From assembly GCA_051362555.1 (NCBI GenBank), contig CM120648.1, forward strand, positions 13,822,587 to 13,886,586: a stretch of DNA of 64,000 nucleotides. The letters are read 5' to 3'. Shown piece by piece: positions 39,215 to 52,221 of this stretch. The stretch is from Lingula anatina (Eukaryota; Animalia; Brachiopoda). The translations under genes and the position numbers were made by a program. Numbering within the stretch: position 1 is the stretch's first letter; every line of letters begins with the position of its first letter. Below the pieces are notes generated by a model, which worked only from the letters and a program-made list of their open reading frames with translations, ran no database searches and had not been told where the DNA came from.

Positions 39215-40361
39215 GTATACAGCAAAGAAGTTTCCCAACCGACTCATCTGTTGCAAACATGAACCTGAGTGGTCTCTGTATTCCCCTGACCTCATCCCCC
39301 AGATTTTTTAAAACAGTTTTTTAGCAATGATGAAAGATGTCTTTGATATTTTGATTTACAAATATCATAATTGACGCTTTTGTTACTTATCGATCTCACG
39401 GACTTATTGCTTATTTAGTGAAGACAAAACAATTCACCAACAAGATAAAATCATTGTTAAAGAAGTATGAAAATCTGAGCTTATTCTTCACGAAAAAGTT
39501 CACTGTATATAAAACATCGTCGGGGGAGGTTAAGTTACAACAGTAAAGATGCTACAGTATTTGATCTTTGAGTCTGTCTCAACATGATTGTGACGGTGTC
39601 CATGAATTTCATCGTATTGTGCCTGAGAAGACAGCGATAAATGATAGAGGGCGCTGGATTGCTTAGTTTCCTTATAATTTCCCAGGAGTGTCATAATAAG
39701 CAATCTCAATTATAACTGGAAACCATTTGTACTGACTGCACTTTTTTCCATTTAATCCGATTGCAAACATCACCAAGACAGAATAAACTTGGACGCACAC
39801 GGTCAGAAGTCGAGGTCTAAACGTGGACTCTTCGGCTAGCAGCTACCTTTAAGGAGTTAGTAGAGACATATTAAAATCGGTGAATTAATGTAGAAAATTG
39901 GTAACAGGAGCAAGAGAAAAGAAACAGCAAAATCGCCCAAGAGGTAGAATTTCTGGCCTCCAAATTGAATAAAAGGGTAAACACTGTGAACGCTAACAAC
40001 CCACATAAAAATTCTATTCAACATAATCCGAAAGATCGCGTTTTCAGTGGGATAAATGGTTTGATAAGAAATCCAAATAATAAATAGGTATACCTGCTAA
40101 AATAAATGGTATATTTTAACTCATAAAAGTTGCCATGTTGCTTCCCTGCACCGTTACCAAGGAGCGGTATAGTAACTGTACTTGAGGCCCCTGGATTAGA
40201 TTTTTTGCTTTAGAAACTTACATCCGAGACGTTGTCTAGGATCGATCAAGGACAGACCGAAAGAATTCGAAAGAGCTGAAGCTGGTCAATCGTAACTTTT
40301 CGCTTATTTATTATAACAAGTATCGTATTTATATACCGTGGGCCACTGCGCTCAATATTTA

Positions 40362-41813
40362 CACTGACGATCGTAAGTTAAGCAACTCTTACTTATTTCT
40401 TAATTTTCTCAGCAACCAACCTTTTTGAGGCAAAATTTGCAAAGTAGCTAGACATGTCTCTTGTTTTTACTTTGAATTACTGGACCGTGAGTTGTGAGTA
40501 CTATTCTCTGTTGGACAGTGTAGAGTATGCACCAGGGGTGCCATGTGGTAAAAACACAATTTGGGCGTCAATGCGGAGCTTCTGGTTTGGCTAGTTTTAT
40601 GGGTACATTTTCTACTATTGTAACAACAAATAGTTAGAAGCAGACTCAAAGAGGAACTAAGATGGCAAATTATAGGAAGCCATCGAGCAGGGGTACCTAC
40701 AGTATGAGAAAGATTGCAAGGCAACACAGAGTGGCACCAAGTCAAGTGTCCAGGCTGGTAGCAAAATAGCACCAAACTCATCATGTTAGGGACATGCCTC
40801 GCTTTGGTAGGAAGACCTCTAGTCAGCAGGCAAACAGCCAACAGGCATCTTTTAGAAGCTGGATTTCTATCTAGAAAACCCCGTGAAAAACGCCGTTGGC
40901 CAACAGACGCAAGCAGATAAGATTGGCCAGATGCCGAGAAAGATGAAATCTCAGGACTTCGCAAAGAGTCCTGTGGACTGACGAGAGCAGAATCAATTTT
41001 GTGTATGCAGATGGTCGGTTTAGAGTCCGAAGAGGTCCAAACCAAGCGTTTCAGGATGATTGTGTTCTCCCACGTATTCAGGGTGGCGGAGGATCTGTCA
41101 TGGTCTGGGGCAGTTTCTCATATGATGAAAAAAAAAAGCCACAGTACGTCATTTAAGGGAGGTTCACTGGTCAACAATACAGAGACGAAATCCTGCTGGG
41201 GCGCATACAACCACACATTCAGACAAATCCAGGAAGAAACATCATTTTGGTGCAGGACAATGCGCCCGTCCATAAAGCACTGGACGTGCAAGACGCACTG
41301 CAACAGCATGATATATCAGCATGGATTGGCCTGCATATTCACTAGATCTCAATGTAATAGAACATGCTTGGGATATGATTGACAGAGCAGTATATGAGAG
41401 GCAACCTCCAGTGGGAAACATTAGAGAGCACCTCAGGCAGTGACTGTGAATGGGGTCGGCTCCCAATGCAAGTCTCTTTTTATTAAAATCTTTTTATTAA
41501 AATCAATTCTTAAGATGATTGAACTTTCTTTTTTTTATGATAAGCTGCTTTAATCAGCATGTACTTTTTGCTTTGTGAGCATACCTTTTCCCACATGCTC
41601 TGCCACATTTTGGTAACATTTTGTTAATAAAGTTATTTTGGTCATTACAATAAGCTGTGTTGTGCATTTCGTTAACAGAAATATTCAACTTGAATAAGTC
41701 CTTTATAAAATATTAAAGAAATATGCATAATCCCACTAACGACTGAAATACTGATCATGCTAGAAGAATCTTTTGAAAAAATCTGGGTGTTGTTTAATTT
41801 TTTAGCAACAGTG
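40362..41813 (+). mobile_element. Decayed Tc1-family DNA transposon with a frameshifted DDE transposase pseudogene (~40640-41440)
   Basis: Motifs VSRQTANRHLLEAGF, WTDESR, GGGSVMVWG, QDNAPVH and DLNVIEHAW. Degenerate TIRs TA|cactg...ttaa.caac at both ends. Confidence 0.9.
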
Positions 41814-42303
41814 TATATCCGTCCCAGTTTTAATAATGACTCAAACCATATAGACTTTATAACCTCAGATCGTATATCCGATTACAAATTATCTTGAAAG
41901 TAAGTGTTATGACGAACTTAAGCAAACTAAAGCTATAACTACATCAGAATGTAGTGTGTCAGAAGAGCGCGAGAAGACACATTCCATTCGCAGGAAGGGG
42001 GAGCTAGGATAACCTACGCAAAAATGGTCTGATGAAGCTGATACCCATCCTTGGCTTGTATTCTAATACTAATGGTACAAAGTGATTCTGTAAATTTTAG
42101 GATGATGAGTCACACGGTTTTCCGTTTATTGTGTTTACAGGACTTACGGTATAAGGTGTGCTGAAAAGTAGGAAAAACGCTCAATTTATGTGCAATTGGC
42201 CGCGGTGTTTTGATTTTGTTGCTGTCTCAACCATGATTGTGACGGACTCCACAGATATCACCCAATTGTGTTAGTGAAGACTGAACGTAAGACTGGAGGG
42301 GGG

Positions 42304-42776
42304 TGTTAAGTATTTAGTATTATTTACACTTTCGTTAATTGCAGATAATAATTAAAGATGAATCAAATGAGTAGAAAAATAGGGAGTTATTGAGTGTAAG
42401 TTAAATTTCTTTAACAGTCAAAAAGTGTAGAAACTGTTTTCGTGGTAGGAAAAGAAGGAAATATCAAAGTCACATAGGCCTATAGTTCGCTCTGATTGGT
42501 TAATTTATCAATAGATTTACAAGTTTCTGGCACGTGTACAACACATGCAAACTAAGGATGGGTATGGTCCAAGCAGAAATTACCTAATAAGGAAATGTTG
42601 AATGGTGATTTGCAACATGAGAATGGAAAGCAAAGACAATGGAAAGAAAACAAGTACAGTAAATGCATAATCAGTAGGGAGGAATAGCGTCTAAATATTT
42701 GCGAATTTGTATGAAATAGAGAGTCGGTGAATTAACGTTCGAAAGCTCTAATCCGTCGTTTTTTTTCACTATAACC
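42304..42776 (+). mobile_element. Ty3/Gypsy 5' LTR
   Basis: Starts TGTTAAG and ends ctataac. Its 3' part matches LTR ends at 49596, 52222, 53399 and 57081. It is followed by a PBS-like tgatggag and gag. Confidence 0.65.
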
Positions 42777-43003
42777 TGTGATGGAGGGAAAAATCGATCC
42801 CCGCTCTACCGAGGCAGGCGGAACAGCGATACAGTTGTGGTGATGACAGCAGCAAGAGCGTAGACACCCGTGGGTTCACACCGTTCACACAGTGTCCAAG
42901 ATTGTCAGAACCCCAGTGTGGAAGAATCTGAGTATGCTGGATATTGAAAATCGCCAAATTCATTACTGCCAGCAAAGACTAGTAACTAAAAACAAAGCTG
43001 AAA

Positions 43004-44395
43004 ATGTCCTCGGATATATCTTTAGCACCAATAAAGTTTACAGGCAACGGAAATGAAGATGTGGAAAGGTGGTTAAAACAGTTAGAAGATGAAAAAATCA
43101 TTGCTTCATTTTCTCCGTTGCTGAATCAAACAGCGTTAGACTGGTACAAGTGTATACAAATTGATAGTTCGTCAATTCCGACAGCGATATGAACTGAACG
43201 CTGGAGAAACTTGGGCAAAGGCCTCAGAAATTTCCAGAAGAAATCAGCTGCCAGAATTAAGAACCAGTGCAGGATTACATAGTGTCGATGAGTCACGACG
43301 CCAAACGAGCTCGTTTAGATGAGGGAACGGCCCTGACAGTCGTAATGAATGGGTTACTCCCAGAAATTAGACCATTTGTATTGCAGAGGGAGTCCACCGA
43401 TTTGACACGCTAATGCATCACGCCCGGATGGCAGAAAATACAGTCCAGCCGACGAGAAAAAGTCAACAAACTGACATTAAAATAATCACTGAAAAATAGA
43501 CGCTTTGCAAAGTACCCTTAGCGATGCCGTCCATACAAGTAAACAGTTCGTAGTCTACCAGTTACAAAACCCAAGTCAGACCAAAAATGAAACCAACTTT
43601 TTACCCCTGAGAGCAAGCCCATTTGAATCTCCAAGAAAGGTCAATCCCAGCGCCATAAGCTATGAACGCATGCCCTAACGCAACATGTATCTGCGATGCC
43701 CAGAGCACAAACCAACACCACCTGGACGTCCCAACTATCCTCAACAGCGAAGTCCGATGAGAAAATAGCTAATATGTCAGGGATGTGGTGAGTACACGCA
43801 TCTTAGACCTAATTGTTTTGCTCGCAATCTCAACTATTGTTGCTGTAAAAGAGGACACATAGCAAAAGTCTGTCATGCTGCACGTGTAAGCAAATCGCTT
43901 AATAAAAGAAGCAGAAAAAGGTTTTATAACAAGATTGAAACTAGAAAAGTGCCAATTTCTATTATTTCCGATAACCAAGCTAATAATCTAATATTAATTC
44001 AAATCAACAAATTACATTTCAATGCTTTGGTTGACACAGGTGCCGTCATACCTTGTGTATCAGAATCTCTTTTATCAAAATTAGGTAAAAAAAGATCGAA
44101 ATTCATACGAAAAACCGCCATTAAAAGAAGTTTCAGTTGTTGATGGATCTGTGATTAAAGTTCTGGGAAAAGTGGAGTTACCTCTTTGTTTTGGAGGTGT
44201 GATTATAAAACATTAAGTCCACGTATTAAGTCAGTTGCCAAGAGGTTTGATATTAGGCACAGATTTCCTAAGAAAACACAATGTAAAAAAAAAGATTTAT
44301 CGTCTGATAGCATGGCATTGCCTGATTATGAATTGCTGTAACCCTTGTATAGTCCACCTGGTTTAGGTTTAGTACGTAACTTCAAATCAAAATTT
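43004..44395 (+). mobile_element. Decayed Ty3/Gypsy gag and aspartic protease
   Basis: LAPIKFTGNGNEDVERWL...ALDWY (gag), a zinc-knuckle remnant CCCKRGHIAKVC, and ALVDTGAVIPCVSE (protease DTG). Many stops and frameshifts. Confidence 0.88.
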
Positions 44396-44639
44396 ATTTC
44401 ACCCAGCTGATTCGGTAGGCGTGACAGACATTTAAGCCCGTGAGCTGATAGCAACTTAGCGTGAACCCCAGGAAGTTAGCTCGATCCAAATGGATCGATC
44501 TAAGTATGGGAACCCAGTCTAAGTGTTGCTCACTTCTCCTTTTGTCAGTTTGTTTTGGTAAGTAGAGTTTAGCTTGGGTCAAATTCTTATCTTGACATCT
44601 GTCAGTAACCTTAGCACTTAAACAGACTGTCGTTGCTGA

Positions 44640-45080
44640 CGGTATCCAAAACATTTACTGGGTCATATTCACGTCTCGATAGTGCGTCAGCTGCATTTGT
44701 TTTTCCAGGCCTGAGAATTATTTCAAAATCTAGGCATTGTTATTTTAATGACCATCTGATAAGCCTGCCAGTTGTATGTTTAACATTTTGTAAACAAGAT
44801 ATTGCCTTATTATCTGTTTACACATTAAAGTGGTTATTGGACAAATATTGTTCAAATTGTTTTATCCCTTCAATGACTGCTAAGCATTCTGACTCGTGAA
44901 TTGTGTAATTTATTTCCGCATTGTTAAAAGATCTCCCTTCATACACAATAACTCTCTCTTGATTGTTGTCATTCTTTTGACTTAAAATATAACCTATAGC
45001 GCAAGTGGGTGCGTCCGTCGTTAATGTAAACCCGCGCGACATGTGGTTAAAGGATAAGCTAAAATTGATGGTGAATACGT
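44640..45080 (-). mobile_element. Ty3/Gypsy RNase H fragment, inverted relative to the adjacent gag-pro
   Basis: FTLTTDA...AIGYILSQ...VIVYEGRS...AEINYTIHESECLAVIEGIKQFEQYL...GRLIRW...RPGKTNAADALSR. Confidence 0.9.
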
Positions 45081-45479
45081 TTTACCCACGGACAAATTTT
45101 TCGGACAGGGATTGATCAACTTTCCCCATGTTGTTGATCATATTTTCCATACGATCTAATTTTGCATCGATTTCCGTTTTTTTGATCGTCCGCCATCTCG
45201 TTAAATGATCGTCCGCCATCTCGTTTTCAGCCTTTTTCTTTTTACTTTTTGGCTGATGCGGGTTATTGCTGGGTTGGGTGCGCATACCGCTCGCCTCACC
45301 CTGTTTACCAGCTCTTCTACGAGAGAATCTGACGAAAGGTGTTGCGAATACCCGTTCCATTTTTTTTTCTCAGTGAGACCGACGTTTTCTTATAAAAACT
45401 CCGCCATTCTTGAAACTCGATTCAATACAGTTAGGCTGACAAGTCCCCGTAATTTGCTAAAGATGTTTCACATAAATGT

Positions 45480-45655
45480 AATATCACAACGTAATATTAC
45501 GTCCCTTACGTTGAAAACGTCAAAGTATTTTTTCACAAACAATACAAGCACAGGTGGTTAAAGGGTATTTCACCTTAATGCAATATCACTACTTGACATG
45601 ACGTGCTTAAAATCACTAGAAATCGTCAAAGTATTGTTTTTCAAACAATACAGGT
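45480..45655. repeat. Interspersed repeat with an internal ~100-bp dimer; second copy at ~59647-59825
   Basis: Shared ttaaagggtatttcaccttaatg.aatatcac...gaaatcgtcaaagtattgtttttcaaacaatacagg. Confidence 0.8.
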
Positions 45656-45683
45656 GTGACGATTTTATTGACTTTGTCTTACT

Positions 45684-45908
45684 TGTTACGCAAGGAAAGA
45701 ACTAAACAACTTCCATGTTCCTTCATATCCACTTTCTAACTACGCTATCCACAATTTATTCCTCTCCGTTCAACCTCTTACAACGTTCTCTCTCATTTAC
45801 ATTACATTCTGCGTTTAAGTACAACGGGGTCATGTCAATCAAGTCAAGTTACACTACAAAACACTCCCTTCTCTCAGTCATTCGTGGCTGTCAATTACTA
45901 ACATAACA
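45684..45908 (-). mobile_element. Possible short 3' LTR of a second LTR family
   Basis: TGTTA...TAACA ends, preceded on the minus strand by purine-rich gggagataa (PPT-like). No partner LTR in the window. Confidence 0.35.
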
Positions 45909-46036
45909 TTATCTCCCAGGGACGATATGCCTGTCCCTAGGCATATTTAAAATTAAAATATACCTTTAAACACTCTTTCTTAAACACTCCATTACTATTA
46001 TTATGAAGTCATGCAAAAATATAGCTTAGTAAATAG

Positions 46037-46037
<1 letters not shown>

Positions 46038-46095
<58 letters not shown>
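46038..46095. repeat. (TA)n microsatellite
   Basis: Perfect TA run. Confidence 0.97.
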
Positions 46096-46102
<7 letters not shown>

Positions 46103-48300
46103 AAGAAAATGAAATAGAAACACATTCGACATGAAACAAAAAATATAACTCGAAGGAAGATAAATTAATTAACTTTAAGTAAAATATGGTTGTTCGTGGA
46201 TATATCTCGCATTGGCATTTACACCTTTTAATGTGCGGTCCAAGAGTACAGATATATAGTACCGCTAATTCGGCTGTACCATTAATGAAGAACATACATC
46301 TTTTTGGGAGCCTAAAAGATTTATTCGTATATTCTTCCTTTCCAGTTAAAATGTATTCTCTTTTATCCTATGGAGCGTCATTCCAATGTCATGATGTATT
46401 ACAAAGTCTTTCTCCTACATTACCTTATTTGGTAATGTAATAATTCCTCAGCTCTCACACAATGTCTATGATTATCCATTTTTCCATAAGTTTCCATCAT
46501 TACGTCATTACTAAAATGTAATCATTCTCTTAATAGGCAATGGTATGATACTTGACCGTAGGTCGCAATTTCTATTAATACAGATTTTTCATTGTATCAT
46601 CCTGAAGGAATGATAACTATACTCCCTTATTCTTTTTTTATTATTGGACATGCACTCTTTAACTCTCTTACTTACACTGTTTAACCTCTTAACAAATGTA
46701 TATTGTATCATTTATTAAATGTACAATATATCTCACTACGATCACAATTTTATATCTGTAATCATTTTCATTACGATAGATACTTCTGTTTGTTTTCCCC
46801 GCGCGGATGTTTTAAAATCTGTTACTCTCTCATTAAAGCTCTGACACATTTTCTTATACGGTTTCCAATGAATAGTATTCACCACAACGTAGCGACCAGC
46901 GCATCGTTCATGATGAAGTACCTGATCATCTTCATATTGTCCACACTGTAGTGCTCCTTTTTGATGACTAGAAGAGAAACATTAAATTGTTTTATATCAA
47001 AGTCAATCCACGATTTTATAAAAACGTACCGAAAAATAATTGGGTCACAAAATGTGAGGATCTCCCTTTATGTTTATATCATCAGTTTCATGTCATCATA
47101 GTTACAAAAGTTAAGCACACTGTTCATATACCAATAACCGTCTGGTTAAATATCAACAACTAATAATCATAAGATCGATAAGCTGAATATAGATGTATTT
47201 ATAATACTTCACGTATTTAATATTCGATACACTATCACGTTCTTACTTCCTCTTCAGAACGCGATTGGTGAAATTCAAAATAAACGCTGCCACCAGCTGA
47301 AAATAAAACTATGAAGTTTATTCAACTAAGTTAAGTTCAAAAGTCACAACTTCCGGTTATCTTGACTGTCTCTACATGTGTTCAAATCACTAATCTCTAC
47401 TCTGTTCTGTGCTACGCTTTGTACTCTAATCTAATCTAATCCAATCCCTAATGCAATCTCTAATCTCTAATGCCATCCTCTTTTGCTACGAACTACAACC
47501 CTTTTATAGTGCTCCAGCGAAAGTCTGACAGAAAGGGCTCCCGCTTAGGGCAGTCCAGTGCAAAAGGCGCTCGGAGCTCCCTTGACCAAAAGGGCGCTCG
47601 GAAAAAGGCGTTCGTTAATTAAAGCTGACAAGAGGGGCACGTTGCTCTGGTCATTCCAGTGCGAACAGCTCTGTTAATCAAAGTTGACAATGAGACGCAC
47701 ATTTAGTGCACACTTAAAATTGAAACTGATAAAAACACAACAACACAATACTTTTCATTTTATGACCACATGCAATAACGTTTGACTCAAAGTTCACTCA
47801 TAAAATTTAAAGTTCATTTTCACACAAATGAATAGTTCTATGTGGTATAGTCCGTTGCATTCTCCATCTTGAATTATAACACAAAAGTTCAGTTCCATAA
47901 AATGTCAAATTAGTCCTTCCAGACAGTGAATAACGATTGTTACAAATGTGCTATATCTGCCATTCATTGTAAATGGATAAATGTCTTATTCGCGTACGTT
48001 GGCACACGTATAGATAAATGTTCACAATTTCCTGTATATCCACGAATGTCCAATGTCCCGCGTTTACGAATATATCCAATACGAATGACGCAGAAATGTC
48101 TCTGTGCAGAATTTTCTCTCTCAGCCTGCAGAGCTTCACATGGTTCTTCTAGTTGTTCCACCAGGTTTCTTACTTCATCTCGATCTGTTCTGTTGTCCTT
48201 TTTAGGAAGCATTTTCTTGAATTTCTTGAGTTTCTTGATTTCTTGTATTTTCTCTTCGCCTGTTAAAGTCTGGATCCCACCATTGCACAACAGTGTAACC

Positions 48301-48404
48301 CAGCACACACGTCACATTCGGATCACGTGGCTGGTACGTTGCTATGACATTATAATGTGGTAGCAACGTGCAAGCCCCGTGATCCGAACGTGACGTGTTT
48401 GCTG
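48301..48404. repeat. 104-bp near-perfect palindrome (hairpin MITE-like)
   Basis: 44-bp arms with 5 mismatches around a 16-nt spacer that itself contains the palindrome acattataatgt. Confidence 0.9.
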
Positions 48405-49329
48405 AGAAGGTTCTTTTACTTTTAAAACTAAAATCGCTGCCACCAACAAAACAGGGTTCTGTTTTATAATCTTTATTTCTACTCAACACAATAAATTACG
48501 TACAGGGGCTCTGCCTCTCTGGCTGACAGCCCAACACAGAGACAGCTAACTGCCCGCTCGCTTGACAAGGTACTCTGACTTCCAGCTTCCACCTCTAGCT
48601 CTAAACTCCCAACTGCCAAATCGGTACAGAGCACCTGTATTTATGCTCTCCCAGAGGCTTTCCCCAGGCATGTTGAAGCTGCAAGAGGAAGAAACCCCTG
48701 GACAGAATTACTTGGGTTGCAGTGCAACTAAGCACGTGGTCAGGGCAGGAAGAAATGCTTTCAACTGTTACTAAAATTAAATAGGGCTGGAGGTCAGAGG
48801 TCAACTGAGCTGTTAGCAGAGAATGGTTTTTAAATTCACATGTAGAAACGCTACACTATCATCCTAGTATATGGCATCCATAAAATAACGCAGCCGGTGA
48901 GAGAACAAGTTCAATAATTGCGCAAACTTTGAGAGCATATTGCAAACTAAGCGTGTTGACGCTGATACAACATTATAGGTAGTGCCAATTCCCAGAACCA
49001 TCCTTTTAAAGGTCAATGCTCTCGGTTTACAGCGTAAACTGTTTTAACTTAGCCTCATTTGAGAAAAAGAGACGCAATAAGATAGATAGGATAGATAGGA
49101 AAATATAGTTAACCGGTTTACATCTCAGGTTCAGTTAAGTCGTATGACCGTTTTTCCTTTTGATCTGTTTCTCGTGTCTATCATCTTCTGTTGATTTATA
49201 AATGTTTCGTTTTTAATCTTGTTTAAATAAATAAAATCATTTCTTAAGAGATCATAGTATTTCTCTTTTAATTTTGCGTTTTTGCTTTCGTTCTTGTAAA
49301 ATCTTAATATATGATATTCATAGTGTCTC

Positions 49330-49470
49330 TTTAATGCATCTATAAAATATTCTCTTCTTGTTCCAAGATAGGATTCCTATAACAGTTCCATTTAACCTTG
49401 TAATGTCTTTTTTGTTTATAGTTCTACAGTATAACAATTTTCCAACTTCATAATATTCATAGGTATTTTT
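49330..49470 (-). mobile_element. Frameshifted chromodomain relic, probably the C-terminus of a Gypsy integrase
   Basis: EYYEVGKLLYCRTINKK/RHYKVKWNCYRNP/W/EQEENIL across frameshifts fits the chromodomain pattern YEVEKIL..R......Y.VKW.GY....WEPEENL. Confidence 0.65.
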
Positions 49471-49595
49471 CTCATGGTCAGATGCAAGATCCACTTTTTC
49501 TGTGTCTTGCGTTTCAATGGTCAAAAAAGATTTAAAATGTTAATATACTGTTTGTTTGAGTGAATGTTTTCAGTCTTCCAGTAGGATTATATCTC

Positions 49596-50053
49596 TGTTA
49601 TAGTGAAGAATAACGACAGTCTGGAGCTTTCAAACATCTATTCACCGACTTACTTTTTCACACAATTTCACAAGTATTTATACTCTATTTTCCAAAGAAT
49701 TTTCCATTCTCATGTTGCAAAACGCCATTCAATATTTCCATATTAGGTAATCTGTTTTCAATTCAAAATATGTAAAATATTATTCGAATTACTCATGCTT
49801 GGACCTCTTCCATCTCGAGTTTGCATGCTTTTTACACGTGTTATTAACGTGCACATCTATTGAAAAATTAACCAAGCAAATCAAACTATGTGTGACTTTG
49901 AAATATCCTTTCTTACTACGAGAACAATTTCTACACTTGTTGACTCTTAAAGAAATTTAACTTGCACTCAATAACTCCCTATCCTTTTACACATTTGATT
50001 CTGTTTTAATTGTTACCTGTAATTATTAAGTGTGAGTCATTTGCTTTACAACA
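49596..50053 (-). mobile_element. Solo Gypsy LTR (~458 bp)
   Basis: TGTTATAG...TTACAACA ends and homology to the other LTR ends. The two flanks occur joined without the LTR at 53575-53648. Confidence 0.75.
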
Positions 50054-50417
50054 CATCGTTCTCTTACTGTTTGTTTGCTCTCCAGAGTTATCTCCAGAGT
50101 CCGTCAGTTCTTCGTCAGACATACCAGCTGGTCGAAGTTCGGCGTTGTTTGTGTTAGAATTCCACGTAGCCTCAGAATCAATGGTGTCCGACCCATCATT
50201 TCCAATGGGGTGTTTGAAAGATGTTGTAGGGGTTGTAACATCCGCATCCCAATCGGAGTCAGAGTATAACAGACGCCGGCCAGGGATGTGGGATTTTGAG
50301 CTTGATGGAGAGAGTAAGGCCCTGCTTATGTCTCCCCGAATAAGGCTAGCATACCTGGCATAGCGTGCTGCGGGGTCTTGGTCTGTCTGATGCAGCTTGT
50401 AAAGTTTGTCCCCTTTA

Positions 50418-50968
50418 CAGGCCTACCCAACTACCAGACTCGGCACCTAAGGATCCTGAATTAACCGGTATAACGGACCACACTACCCGTTTTCAAGGTG
50501 TGTGTCAGATCGCATTTCGGAGTATCAGCCAGAACACCGACAGGATGAGCCCTGGCATGCTCGGCTGTCACCTTGATTGGATAGTAAACGAATGTCGTAA
50601 AATCGCTATATGATTTTAAAACCGGGTGCATAAATTTGAAAGCCACCTAGATGAACCTTAGACTGCCACATTAATCTAATACAATGCAAAAAAGCCCTAT
50701 CAAAAGTGGTTAAAACATTCAAACCGAATGTCGTAAAGTCCCCATATATCCCCATAGAGACAATAAAATAGAGTACTCTAAAGTAAGAGTACAGTTTTAG
50801 GTTGTTCAGCCGAGCGTGGATGAGCCCGCAGTCGTGCTACAAAATTTGTTCTGGGGTATGATACTCTGAAATGCGATCTGACACACACCTTGAAAACGGG
50901 TAGCGTGGTCCGATATACCGGTTAATTCTTGATCCTTAGGTGCCGAGTCTGGTAGTTGGGTAGGCCTG
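50418..50968. mobile_element. 551-bp MITE with ~110-bp TIRs and a 5-bp TSD (hAT5-like)
   Basis: caggcctacccaactaccagactcggcacctaaggatc... is inverted at 50860-50968. CTTTA is duplicated on both sides. Confidence 0.92.
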
Positions 50969-52221
50969 CTTTACAAGTTATTTATTTTACCAGGACCGGC
51001 CTGTTCAGACCAGTATATTTTAAATTTCCTTTGATCAGAGTCGCGGGCATGTGCACGCGGCTCAATTAGTTCATAGTAATTACTCTTGTCTTTAGACGCT
51101 CTTTCCCTCTACCCTATCGCAGTAATCACTCTTATCTTTAGACGCTCTTCTTATCTTTAAACTCGTAAACATTAAAGGTCCTGGCGAGCTCGCCAAATTT
51201 GTACTGGGTTCTTAAATATACCACCGGGTATAAAATTACTTCTAAGGGCTCTTTCTTATCTTTAAACTCGTAAACATTAAAGGTCTGGCACGCCGGTTTT
51301 AAGTATAAAGAAGGCTACGAAGCCAAATAAAATTCAGTTTGTGATTTTGTAACGAAACAGTGGTGTTGCGTTGCTATTCTCTCTGAGCATAACTCAAGTC
51401 GGGAATCGTGTACCGAACCTTGGAACTTCACGTTTGCGTTAGAGCCCTTAGAAGTAATTTTATACCCGGTGGTATATTTAAGAACCCAGTACAGGCCGTG
51501 CAGAGTGTTAGGGCACGGTCTTGCGCTTTGATAAACAAACAAACAAACAAACAAACAAACAACGTCCAAAAAGGTTTCTAGTGAATTTAATGTTACTTCT
51601 TCTGACTGGGGAATACCCATGGTGCGTATACTGTTATCACTAACTGTCCCCTTCCTGACCTCTTGTTAACTAAAACGCGACCGCGGCGTATATTCCTACA
51701 CACTGAAACTTGCATACTTTCCGAAACTGGAATCTAAACTCAACTGAATTAAATTGTCACTGAATCAACCTTTATGCATGTAGGTGGGCATCTTCTCGTA
51801 AAGTTTAATGGTAATTTCTGATTCATTTAATTGTCTAATAAGTGTTCGATAAAACTCCTTCCAATGACGTTCCGGCACTTGTTCACGGCACCATGGCATA
51901 AGGTGGGTTCTGCAAAAAACGCCAGAGGAGTTGGGGTTGGATGGAAGGGTAGAATTGTTAATTGTACTGACCAGTTCTGTTTGCTCGTAATATTGCTATA
52001 ATTTTTCTTTGGTTGAAGCTGATCCTGTGCTGCTGCAGAAATGGCGGAGGCTTCTTTCTGTCTGTTCTGTTTACCAGATGGCCTTTTCGGTGGCCAGTGG
52101 TATGTCACTTGACTATTCCAGCGGGATAAGAGGGCTTGGTTGATTAGCCCCTTATGACAATGATGCGGCCAGCTCAAGATTCCTATTCCTAACAATAAAT
52201 TTATTATACAAACCATAATAA

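Noticed and set aside
42290-42303. G-rich tract before the LTR read as a polypurine tract (shared-LTR tandem elements)
   Set aside because: A similar G-rich stretch follows the same interspersed repeat at ~36095, so it belongs to the target sequence.
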